Origin: Schizochytrium sp. TIO01
Lineage: Eukaryota > Protista > Bigyra: Labyrinthulomycetes
Assembly (NCBI GenBank): GCA_004764695.1
Contig: SMSO01000025.1
Span: 4,690,862 to 4,754,861, forward strand
Reading direction: 5' to 3'
Length of the DNA: 64,000 nt
The notes below the pieces were generated by a model. The model saw only the letters and a program-made list of their open reading frames with translations, was not told the DNA's origin and did no database searches. Both the position numbers and the translations under genes were made by a program. This document shows positions 21,511 to 33,955 of the stretch, one piece after another (the stretch's first letter is position 1; each line of letters begins with the position of its first letter).

Positions 21511-24500
21511 AATCTATCTCTGCAACAATCAATCACTCAATCACTCACTCACTCAATCAATCAATCAAACAAACAAGCAAATCCAGCCACAAGAGCCGGG
21601 GTTTATGTTATTTCTTGAATCTCTGTGACTCCCATGATGTTGTCTCAGAGGGAATAGCAAATCTTTGTTTGGGAGCCCCTCATTAGCAGCAGGACAAAAC
21701 GTGCTAGCAACGACTGTAGTTTCCTTCCTTCCAGGATTATCGTGCTGTTCGAGGCCCCGCGAATTCCTGCGGTATGAGTTTAAACTGCACATACTTCCAT
21801 CGATTGTCCATTCTTCCTGAGGCGTCATGACTCTTCGCTCTCTTGCTTCTCGCTCGGGCTTTCCGCATCACTTCCTTTCCAATCTCTCCTGTGCGTGAGA
21901 TAGCTCGCATTTTTCACTGGCTACAAACGTCGTCTTTTCTTCTTCTCCTCTGTCTTCTCCGTTGCTCGTTTTAAGGCCACCCTCTAAATACAACGCAGAG
22001 TTGCTTTTGTAATCACTCTGCAAGCTCGACTACAGCTCCAACACCCATCAATAGTATTCATCGCCAAGCTGCTCTTCGAGCTAAATTGGATACACCCAGC
22101 TATATTACACACGCGCCTGCCTGCCATGGATGCTCGCGCCTGCCAATCAATCAATACATCAATCACTCAATCACTCAATAAATAAATAAATATATCACAG
22201 CAAAGCGCCATTTTGATAAGCAAGATTTTAGCCAGGTGCAGTAGTGTGATTCACGCGCCAGCTCCACGGCCTTTCACTACTATTCTCTCCCATCGCCACA
22301 GCAGTATCCGTTGACCGGCATGTCTGCATCCCAGAGTATGCCATCAAAATCGCTACGAGCTGCTTAGTCCTGAAAGCGAACAAACTCGCGTCTGCTCAGC
22401 GGTTTGAGCTTCTGCTGCACTTGCCGCGTTGCGTAAATTCGTGCCTCAATGCTAGAGCTGTGGCCAATGTTTTGTCTTGTCTTGTCGTGTCTTGAAAAAA
22501 ATAAAAATAAAAGATAAAAAAGAGAACCATGCTTCTTTCTGTATGGGTGGTAAAATTCGCCCCCCCCCTAAAACTTAAAACAGCCCAAGAGGAAAAGAAA
22601 AGGCACCATCCATCCTTCGCAGCTGCCTGGCGTCGCCACCAATAAGGCTTACGCGCACGCCAGCTCCGCCGGGCACAAACAACTACAGCAAAGCTGTTCG
22701 AAAAGGGCTGGGCAGCCATGCTGTTCCCCGCGTTCCCCGTATTAGAACTGTGGGGATTCCGGACCGTGGACAGACTGCATCTGTCATGCACGCGCTTGCC
22801 TATGCCGTCCAAGGCTGAGTGAGGCCTTTTCAAGGGGGTTCTAACTTTGGTGGCGGGGAGACGATAGCGGGCTGTCCTTTATCCGCTTTCCTCGCAGTTT
22901 CCCACAGTGTCCCTCAGTGGGGCTATATACGTGACGTATCTCTGGCTGCTGTGGTTACGGACGGCCTACCGTCAGAGGTAGCGGGAGGGAAAGAGGAGGT
23001 CGGCTGGTGCTGGCGTAATTTTGGCTGCTCGTTGTTTTCACGGGTACTAGGAGAGCTGAAAGGAGGCTAGCTGGAGGGCGGGTATGGTTAGGACCTGCTA
23101 GTGCCTAGCTACCTCCCCCCTCCCTCCTCCTTCCCGCGGCACGTATTTTGTTTTTTCGTTCTTTTTTAAAGTTTTTTTTTGTTTTTGTTGGTTTTGTTTC
23201 TTTTGTTTCTTGTTTTCGCTTTTTCTTTGTTCTTCTTTTTTGCAGTCTGTTATTGTCGAAGAAGGGAGCCATGATGCAGCCACGGGTCGACGGCTTTGCA
23301 ATCTTGCGAGCTTGCGGTGATGGAGTTCTTCGGCACAGACAGACAGGAACGGGCCAGCCAGCGTAGCTAGAGATTCTGCCCAGAGCCGCTCGTGGGTCGA
23401 GGCTGCCGCATGAAGTTTGCACGATGAATGAAGAGTGCCGCGCATGCACGGAGTGAGCGCTAGCCGTCTGTAATTAACTGCTAGCTAGCTAGCTAGCTAG
23501 CTTGCTGGTTATCGCTACAGCGAGTCGTTGGTTTGGATGGAGAAGTTATTGGCTGACGAAGAACCAACCACGCAGGGACTCGACGATCGAGACCTGGTGA
23601 GGCTCTTGCTGAGACCCGCTGACTCGCTGGGCGGCCTGTTGGCTGGCCTGCGTTTGAGCGGGGCTCGATCGGAGCGACGAGGAGCGAGGCTTGCGGAATT
23701 ACGATTGCAATTCTTCTTCTTCTTCTCAAAAAAAGTCATCTTTTTAATCAGGACCACAGTTGTTCAATCAGCAAAGAAATAATAAGGACAAAAGAGGGGA
23801 AAGCAAAGCCAGCCTGAGAAAAAAAGAGCGCCATCTTGTTTGGAGGACACCTTCTTTTCAGTTTATGAAGAAGAGTAATGCATAGGATCGATACCTCTCG
23901 CGATAGAGATAGAGAATAACTGACTCTCAGGACGCCCTCCGTCAGATCGCGCTTATTTTATTTCGCATACTGCATGAGCGAATGAATGCATAATTGCAAT
24001 TCATTCATGCATTGTTCCCGTGCTCTCGACTGCCTGTCCGCCTTCTCGCTGTTTCTCGCTGTCTACTGGAAGGAGCGTGGCGGACGCCAACTGAAATGGA
24101 AATGCTCGAACTTGATGGCACCTCTGTATCTGTGATAGATAACGCAATCGCCAAACAGACGCTCTTCTATGAGGAATGAATGATGTGGAATGAATGACAT
24201 GGAGTGAATGAAGGAGCGAGGAGTGATGTCTTCCTTCTTCTGGCTGTGATTGATAAAGTGACTCGTATCCACTGTTGTTGTTGTTGTTGCCGCTCCATAA
24301 CTAGCAGGGACAACGGCTACGGCCATTACGAATACCTCATTTCTAGGAGTTGATTCGGTTTTATTCATTCATTCATTCATTCATTTTGAATGAAGTTGGA
24401 AAATGTGGGCTTACCTACCAGTTTCGTAAGCAGTTTTTTTTTTTTTTTTTTTTCCTATTTTAACTATTGAACAAGAAACATTAAAAGCAAATATTTTTAT

Positions 24501-26639
24501 TTTAAAATAAGGCAATGCAGAAAAGTTAGTTAATTTTACATCTCTCTGCCTGTCTTTACTTTTGTTAATGTATTAACAAAATATGTTTGTTCGTTTTAAC
24601 TAAAGAAGTTGGGGTTTCGAAGTCTTTTCAAACAACTGTTTTTAAATTGAAAATTGAGGGAAAACAACTTTCATTGAAGAAGGTTCGGAAAACTATCATA
24701 GGTACCAATATTGAAGGGCTAACCTATTCAATTAAGCAATCCAATGCAGCAAAAAGACCGCTAAGTTCTAAACACGAAAGATGATGGATGATCGGTAATA
24801 TTAAAAACTTATTTGAATATTTGTTACATGATAACTATAAACGATTTGTACTGTCGCTCCAATCATGCAGAAACGCTTCTTAAGCATTTACTTTCAAGTG
24901 TCAAAGTCGCACTGTTCCTGACTTCCATAACTCATTTCATAAGTGTTACTTTGTTTATTTTCTTGTGGTAAAGGACTCCTGAGTTTAGCAGTTAGAAGGA
25001 AAGGACACTTTTCGATACGACAGGTAGCACTGTGAACCTCAAGTTACCCCTTGAAGTTTTAAAATCTCTACTTTTATTATTGATATTATTGATATTATTA
25101 ATTTAAAGATTTTAGGAAGGAGATAAAAATGATTTTTTATTTTCTCTCTCCATCCCAAAACTACAGAACCCCTATTGATGAGCATAGCTCCAAAACTACA
25201 GCTCCAGTAAACGGGAAACACTGACTTGGTCTCTTAGATTGGGATTGAGATGGGTGTCAACCATGATAAAACATTGCATTCTTCAGCTGTAAGCATTCGA
25301 GCTTCTTTCGCGCCTTGCCCTTATTCTGCGTATCCTGTGTCGAATGAGACGCTCTGCCCGAATTTAAGACCAGCGAGAAATCCGACGCTCGAAAGCGCCT
25401 CGTTTGATTGATATATATATTTTCATGACGGTATCACATCTTTTAGGAGAAAAGAGCGGTCAGAACCACTCTGGATCCGCCGTCTCGTCCCGGAATGTCT
25501 TCTTCTTCTTTCCTTAATGCATACCTATTTTCCCGTCCTTCTACTCATGCGCACTATCGTTCTTTCCTCATTTCCTTTCTTCACTTCTTTGTTTCTTTGT
25601 TTCGATGAAAACTAAAATGTACAGCGAAAAAATAAAAAAGAAGAAAAAAGAAGAAAAAATCAATCGATCAACAAATATATGTATTTAAAGCATTTTCGGA
25701 AACTCAACCCATCCAATACTTCCAAAACAAACCAAACCAAAGTACGAATAGTTTTCGTTGTAACAGGAACCATTCACTACTACTAGTAGTAGTATTACTA
25801 TTAGTAATAGTAGTAGTAGTACTGCTGCTGGCCAGTTAAAAAAGGGCGACGGCGATGCTCTCCGCCGCCTCCTGCACCACCAGCCAGCCAGTCAGTCCTT
25901 CAGACAGCTCCTCGCTCTCTCAGCGCAGGCGTTCCCCAATCCAGCATTCCTTCACATTGTTTTCTTGTTGTTGTTGTTGTTGTTGTTTTGCTGTCTCTCA
26001 CTGTCGGTCCCAGTCTCTGTGCAAATCCATAAATGTCTGTCGGTTGCTCTGATCATCATGGCGGCGCTCTTTTGGTCTGTCCGCGTAGGACCTCCTAAGC
26101 GCCCCTTAGGCTTCGCTGGAACACTGAGCTCGAAATCTGCGACCGCACGCGCCCGCCGCATAGTATGATGAGGCTGAGCGGCGTGCTATGGTTTTCGGTA
26201 GCCGCGGGCACTACCGGGAATCCATCATCATCAGCATCAGCATCAGCATCAATGATCCAATTGGTCGTTTCTTTCTTTCTCTCTTGTGTGGTTCATCCAG
26301 CCCAAGTTTGCTTCCTCGCGTCAAGACAGCAGCTGATCTTGAAGAGGCAACCACGAACATCGCCAGGAGCTCTTTCAAGCTCGCTGGCGGCGCTTTGAAT
26401 CTATCTTTCCATCTCCTAAACTGTCAAGTTACTTAGTCAGCTAGTGAGGGAGCTAGCGAGTGAGCTAGCGAGTGAGGTGCGCTAGCTACCCAGTAAGCGA
26501 GTGGTAGCTTGGCAGAGCAGAGTGCGCCGTCGCGGTTTTCTGTCCACTCGCTTGTTCGCTGTGCTTCTTTCTTCTAACATTGAATGATGGTTCTCTGAGC
26601 TTATCAAAGCAGAGAGAACAGAACTCGTGCAAGTTCATT

Positions 26640-26896
26640 AAATGGCATGCGTTGAATGGCGGTGATGGCGTTCATTTCATTGAATGGCGGTGATGGTGTT
26701 CATTTATTCATTCATTCATTCATTCATTCATTCATTCATTCATTCATTCATTCAATCATTCAATCATTCCTTCATTCATCTCATTCATTCATTCAATCAT
26801 TCAATCATTCATTCATTCAATCATTCAATCATTCAATCATTCCTTCATTCATCTCATTCATTCATTCATTCATTCATTCATTGAATGGCGGTGGTG
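26640..26896. repeat. (TTCA)n/(ATCA)n compound satellite flanked by TTGAATGGCGGTG repeats
   Basis: Three copies of TTGAATGGCGGTG (two before the array, one after); an internally duplicated block lies within the TTCA array. Confidence 0.9.
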
Positions 26897-28067
26897 CACG
26901 AAATAGCGACGGAAGACCGCCCGCCTCGAGAGATTGGTCTTCTAGCCAAAGCTGCAGAGGCCATCTTGGCGTCCAAACTCGGCACCTAATTAAGGGAGTT
27001 CCTTTGGCTTCTTCGCTCATTTGCACCATTTGCTTTCTTGGGCTGTCTATTCTGCGTGCTGTCGTCGCTGTATTCTGATGGGAAATGAGGGTTTGGCGGC
27101 GGAGGATGCACATCTCAAACTGGCGATCTTCGTGATGAGAGAAAGGCAGCGATCATTGAGTGGCTCAGTGACAGCCCCTTCGCTTTTTCTGCGCTGCATT
27201 TGGAGAGGTCTGTGCATGCGTTGACTCGACGTTGCTACGCCCTCCGCTCTGCGATGCGATGCGATGCGATATCTTCTCCTCATTTCCCTCAACCGAATTG
27301 ACTTGATTTGCAATTTCTCCAACCTTCTGCTATCCATCATTCTTGAGAACCGACCTATTCATTTATCATTTATCTTTACGCCCTCCTTCTTTTCATATCT
27401 ACATATATATATATATATGTACTTATTATTATCATTTTTTTAAATTAAATAATTCATTATTATTTTTTAAAATAAAGATAATGAAGTTTGATGAACACAA
27501 TAGCAGAGACAGCAAACAATACCGCCATCCTTTTACTCCTCTTTTTCTTTTCTTCTTCAAAACTACGAGTTAATGAACAAATTAAAAAAAATAAAAATTA
27601 GTACGAACCCCAATCAATCAATTTCTGAACAGCCTTGAAAATAGATTATTATTAAAACTCGAAAGGAAGAAATGAAAAGGTCTGACTGAATCACCAATCT
27701 GTCAGTTCTCAGAAAAGGGCGATGGACGTTCCTTTCTTTCAAATGTTCCAAACTTATAGTTCCGCGGAGAACAACGGGCATTCATTCTTCGCTCCTTCCT
27801 CGCGCCGCCTCTGTCGTTGCCGCTCATCGCTCGCGCTCCGCGGAGACTCTTCCTGCCCATGCCTGCTCCTGCTCCAAGGAGGCGCCGCAAGCAACGGCAG
27901 GAGCGAAAACCTGCGTTCCGGAGCGAATTCCGCGGCGATCCTCGCTCGCGTGACAGGGCTCTCTCTCTCTGACGCAGCCCACTCGCTTTTCTGAGTCTTC
28001 TTTCTGCTGAGAGTGAGAACGATGACGCTAAAGAACAAAGGGAGAACTTGAAGGCACATACAATAAT

Positions 28068-28350
28068 ACAGACATGCATACATACATACACATACAAATG
28101 CATTCATAGTCATACAAATACATTCACATTCATAGATACACATCAAATGCATTCACATTCATACGTAGATACATAAAACCATACATTTACATTCATAGAT
28201 ACATACATACACATACAAATGCATTCATATTCATACAAATACATTCACATTCTCACAAATACATTCATATTCATACATGGACTCATAAAACCATACCTAA
28301 ACATTCATAGATACATACATACGTACTCAGATACATAGATACATACAAAG
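28068..28350. repeat. CATA/CATT-derived minisatellite with a ~120-bp higher-order duplication
   Basis: CATACATACACATACAAATGCATTCATA(G/T)TCATACAAATACATTCACATTC occurs at 28081 and 28202. Confidence 0.85.
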
Positions 28351-30654
28351 TAGGTACAAAGTAAGTATGTATGTATACATTCTCAGGCAGCATCGAATAC
28401 GATGGGAGCCATCTTTTGCAGTCTTGGAGACTGATTGCAGCAACGAACGATCGACTACGCGCGCGGACTCAGAGTCGAAAAGCAGAGCTCGAAGCTGCAC
28501 TCGATGTCGATCGAAGAAGAAGAAGAAGAAGAAGCGCAACGGAGCTTGAAAGCTTTCGAGGAACAAGTGCTTGCACAAACGCAGTTCTTGCATTCTTTCT
28601 CTCTTTGTTTGGATACGTACAAAGTGCGTGCTTTTCTGGTTCTGGTTCTGCGTGCGCTGTCTCCTCTCCTCGAGGCCGCCGTTCTCTGCGCTGTACTTGC
28701 TGTCTGCTCCTGCTCATGAGCTCTCGAGGACGCGGCTGCGGCTGTCTCTTCAGGGGAACTGGCGGCGATGCATCGGAAAACAACGACGATCGACCAACTT
28801 GTTGCGCCTGAGTGTCTAAGACAGTGAGTGCCCGAGTGGAGTCCATCGATCAAAGATCAGCCGGCGGTGGACGGGTAGGTCCCTAGCGCCAGAAAGGAAT
28901 TCCTTTCTGGCGCTCGCGGAGACAAGCGGCGGAAGAACCGGCGACTGCCACGATCTGGCCACTGCTCACAAGACCGTCGTTGCGCCTGCGTTCCAGTGCT
29001 TCCGTGGATTCCCCGCGGCACGGGTTTTGCTCCTGGCGCTGCTGCTGAGGAGGCGGGCGGAGACGTCGAGGTTCCTGCTCCGCACCGCACTTTGGAGGAA
29101 CAGCTTGCTGCGTAGCTCGAGCATGGGCTTTCTCGAGTTCTTGCAAGGACCCCCTCGAAGCTGTAGTTCTGCCTGCATGGGTTTGTGTGTGTGCATATCA
29201 ATGCACACCTATGCATGCATTACATACATAGATACATACATAGATACGTGCAAGCAATGTAAACATCAGTCTTTTCAAATCAACCCCAGAAAGGAAGCTG
29301 CTCTGCTCTTAGTATTGACCCGCAAACTGGAAACTCCACCTCAATCAAGAGGATGGAAAACTCATGCTCGCGGATGCTTTCTTTTCTTCTTCAACTTGTA
29401 TTGGTCCTCAATTAAAAAAGATAGGGCGTAGTGCAGACCTTTATTTGCTTAACATTTTAATTTAATTTTAAAGAAAGGAAGATGATGAATGCGGTGCCTA
29501 ATTTTATAATAAATGGAGTGTTTCCAGTTTTCGTTTTATTATTACTATTAGCAGTAGTAGTACAATATAAAAAGCGCGAGGAAAAGGACAAACTACCATC
29601 GCTGCAGGTTGGAACACTCATGCCGCTGCAAGAGCGCACTCCCTTCTGCAAAGGCGGCCCTCTCCCGCGTCGCCCGTATCATGAAAGCCACAGCCTCCAA
29701 TCGCTCCATCCAGACGCCGCACAATTTCGCGCGAATTCTGCAGTAGTTATTCCTCGCCTTCTCTCTTTTTCCTTTTTTTTTTCCCTTTCTATATATTTTA
29801 GAAGAAAATAAATTAAATTAAGTTAAAATATTTTATTATTTTTTAAAAAAAAATAAGTACTAGTAAAAGTTAACATCACAAGGAGTGCGTTTCCAAAAAC
29901 ATAGTGTAGGCCAGCAGAAGATTCACCATGGACGAAGAAAGTAAGAAACAAAGAAACAAACCAAGAAAGTCCTCGTCAAGCTTACGATGATCCAAGAATG
30001 GTACGAGCTATTGTACGGCTGCTCGAGACTTGGGCCGGCCTCCTTGTTCACGATAGGCACCTGACTATCTTCTGAGCAGAGCTGTGACTGACTGGGGACC
30101 TAACTAGTAGCTAGTAAGTTTGGGATTCCGATTTCGATTCATGCGGTAGAACAGGCAATTCATGGAGTTTGCAGGGACTTCGCAGAATAGCCAACAAGTG
30201 GCTAAAAGTAGGCTAGCTACTACGTACCACTTGGTTTCCAAAAAACAGCGAACGGTGCTTTGTTTGTTTCTTTGATTGATTGGTTGATTGATTGATTGGT
30301 TGATTGTACCTATTCTGTCTCCAATCAACTCAAATAGCAGGAGTGCTGCTGATTCTGTCTCCTTTCTCAGCCTGCGAGTTCTCGCCATTATTGCCGCCAC
30401 AGAGTTCTCGTAATGGAAATCTCCTGTCGATTGAAATCAATCAATCATTCAATCAATCGATCCATAGCTACTTAAAGCTCGGGAGCCCGAGTTTTCTTAA
30501 AGCAGCGCCGGTGTCGCTGAAGGGAGCGCCACAAGGAGTCGCAGCGACGATCGCTCAGAGGCACTCAAAGGAAGGCACGAGCGGCCTCTGTCGATTCGGC
30601 CTTTGGGCCCAAACCGACGCATCGATCGATGCCGTTTGAAGAAACGCCACGCCG

Positions 30655-30885
30655 CAAACAAACAAACAACTAAACAAACAACTTCAAATAAACAAACTTT
30701 GAACGAACTTTGAGCAAACTAACTACAAACAAACAAACTTACTACAAACAAACAAACTTTGAACAAAGAGACAAACTTTGAACAAACAAACAAACAAACA
30801 AACAAACAAACAAACAAACAAACAAACAAACAAACAAACAAACAAACAAACAAACAAACAAACAAACAAACAAACAAACAAACAA
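30655..30885. repeat. (AAAC)n microsatellite, perfect from ~30781, degenerate upstream
   Basis: Visible directly in the sequence. Confidence 0.95.
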
Positions 30886-32271
30886 TGTCATGACTGAGTG
30901 AGTGATCCGTGCCCATGATCGCAGCGCAGGTCTCATAGACGCGAGGGGGACTATCGAACTGACTGAGCGCCAGCAACTTCTGTAAGCGAGCGAGGCAGGC
31001 GGCGACGATTAATGATGAATTCATTGTTATTATTGCTTGGGCGGAGGAAGGAAATGAGCGAAGAAGAACTCCTCTCCTCCTCTCAAATGAGCGAGTTTCC
31101 ATGAAATGAGCGAACTCCTTTTTTGGCACGCGTGACAAACAAACCGTGGGAAAAGCGAGGCGGTGCCTAAATGAATGAATGAATGAATGGATGGGTGGAT
31201 GGAGTGCACGTATCTGTTCTAGTCTGCACCTTCCTCCCTCCCCTCCTTCGTTTCGTTTATTTCGAGAGTGCCTCATTCCCGCGAGGAGATACATAAATAC
31301 ATACATACATACATACATACATACATACATACAACCATCCATCCGTCTTGCTTTGCAAGGCTTGGCACGGCAAGGGCGATAAAGAGCGTCTGTCGGCGCA
31401 AACTGCGATCGATCTTCTTCAGAAGACTTGTTCTTCAAAAGCCTTCTTCTTTGAAAGCCTTCTTAGAAGAAGAAGTCAATTTCTTAAGATCCGCCTGTGC
31501 CTCGTAACCTAAAACCAAAACCACAAAACTCAAACTTAAACCTTCAAAGCAGAATCTCTCTCTCTCTCTCTCTCTCTAATGAATGAATGAATGAATGAAT
31601 AATTGAATAATGAATAAAAGAACCAATGAATGAATGAATGAATGAATGCGCCCCTCTGCCTGCGTGCGCTAGTGCGTGAGCTAGCTAGCTAGCTAGCTAG
31701 CTATCCAAGATGGAGGGCCGGTCCTAACTTCCTTCTCCGCCCTTTCCTTGCTTCCGTCAATGGCATCATGGAGCGCCATTCGGAAAGAAGCCGAGGCATA
31801 TCTATCTCTCTCCAAAGGAGAAACAAACTCACCAACCAGACACGCAGGCAGCCAAGCGGAGGTCCTCCAGAGCCCGCCTCCACAGCCCTGCAGGTTTCAA
31901 GAAAGCGGCGAGGTGGAACGCGCGTACGTGTATTATGTGCAGTATGCGTATTATTTATGTGTACGTGTCTTGTGTATTCATTCATATATTCATGTGAGTG
32001 GTGGATAGGTATAATATGGGGTGGTAGAGTATCGACTAGGAAAGCGGAGCTCGGAAAAGAGCGACGACGACGTGCGGAAAGAACGAGGTGCTTGCTACTG
32101 TTGGGTCCTCATTTCGCTCATTCTGGAGCGCTGCTGTAAGAGTGCTGCACGGCCTCTGCGGAAGGCGAGGAAGGAAGGACGCAAAGCGCCTTCCGTGCTC
32201 TCCGCTCTACGCGTCCCGAGTGCTCTTCATCTTGAAAGCCTCCGCAGCCTTTCGCCGCTTCTTCATCTTTT

Positions 32272-32314
<43 letters not shown>

Positions 32315-32887
32315 ATGTTTTGCTTCTTGTTCTTTTTCTTGTGTTCTTATTCTTTTTCTTGTTCCTGTTCTTGTTATTCTCACGCTAATTCTATATAAAT
32401 CTCTGTGTATCTGCTTTACTGTCTTCAGCAGAAACAGCGCCTGAGATCGCTGCGATCGATCATAGCGCTCATTGTAAAGTTCAACAGGGCCCTTCGCGAA
32501 GTAAGCCATCGAAACGAGAGTAGACCGGAAAGCCACTCTTACGAGCAGAGGCAATTCCGGACTGACTGAGTGCGCCAAAGCAATCTTTCTCTATCTCTCG
32601 TCACGACAAAAAGAAAGCACATGGAGGCGCGCCTCTTCTTTAACTTCTTAAGTTCTTCTTCTTCTTTATTATCATTCGTCTAATTTTGACAAAGAACAGC
32701 ATCGAAAGAAACTATTACACGCACTTATACCGTGAGGTATTTGTTGCTGCTTTGGTATCAATTGCATTCTCTTTCCTTCTGCGATAATTGAGCAGTGGAG
32801 GTTTTCATTTGAGGCGTCCAGAACGCTCGGGAGTGATGGGTAGTGAGAGAAAGAGAGAGCAATGATGGTGTTGATGATGATGATGAT

Positions 32888-33003
<116 letters not shown>

Positions 33004-33195
33004 CAGCTGCTCAAGGACCGGAAGCGACCTCCTTTCCCAGGAGGTTTGAGAGTAGTGCCATTAATGTTGTTTGTGCACATGACACTGTGTAGGTTTTCGA
33101 TGCCGTGTCAAGCAAAAGAGCACCACAGAGCAGTTGAAAGAATCAAAAACTACGAGTTCTGAAGTTACTCAGCTTTTATTGGAGGTTGCCTCAAA

Positions 33196-33241
33196 TCATT
33201 TCATTTCATTTCATTTCATTTCATTTCATTTCATCTCATTT
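33196..33241. repeat. (CATTT)n microsatellite
   Basis: Visible directly in the sequence. Confidence 0.93.
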
Positions 33242-33880
33242 CGCCTGTCTTTCTTTTTTTTCTTTTCTTTCATTTTTGTCATCTTCCTCAGCAGAAAGCT
33301 AGAAAGCTAGAATACACCGTAGCAATATGGAGCTTGATTATCCCTCGACAATAATGAGTCCTCCTTGACGAACCTACTCCTCGCTGGCTGGGCCTAATGG
33401 AGACCGCCTTTTCCACTCAGGAGCCTGTTTTCTGTTAGCCCAATGAGACCTCTTTGTTTTGGGATATCACGTTCGAGTTTTTTTAATCTTCTTCTTCTGT
33501 AATTAAATGTTTTTTTTTCCAACGTTTTATTTAATTATTTTAAAATTAAATTTAAATTAAATTAAAACATTTTAAGGGAGCTCCTTCTTGTTTCCTCTTC
33601 GAATGAAGGAGATAGTACAATGGAACTTGAGATTATCAAGTTCAAGCTCAATGTTGTTGGTGTTTCCAAAGCTCTCGTCACAGCGCCATAACAACGACGC
33701 TCAACCCCCCTTTTGGTCTCCATTTGCAGATGGATGACATGCTTGCAGGTAGAAGGTATCTACATGTCGTCTGGCTCGAGACAAGCACGGGATGGTAAGT
33801 ACGTTGTATAGTATGCACTGACAGCCAGAGGAAGAAACAAAAGAACAAGAAGAAGGAGAAGCAAACTACATGTCAAGAAG

Positions 33881-33882
33881 GA

Positions 33883-33954
<72 letters not shown>

Positions 33955-33955
33955 A
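33881..33955. repeat. (GAAA)n microsatellite
   Basis: Perfect tandem repeat. Confidence 0.96.

Noticed and set aside
24587-25230. AT-rich coding-like stretch as an organellar or viral insert
   Set aside because: No recognisable protein or RNA motif in any frame.
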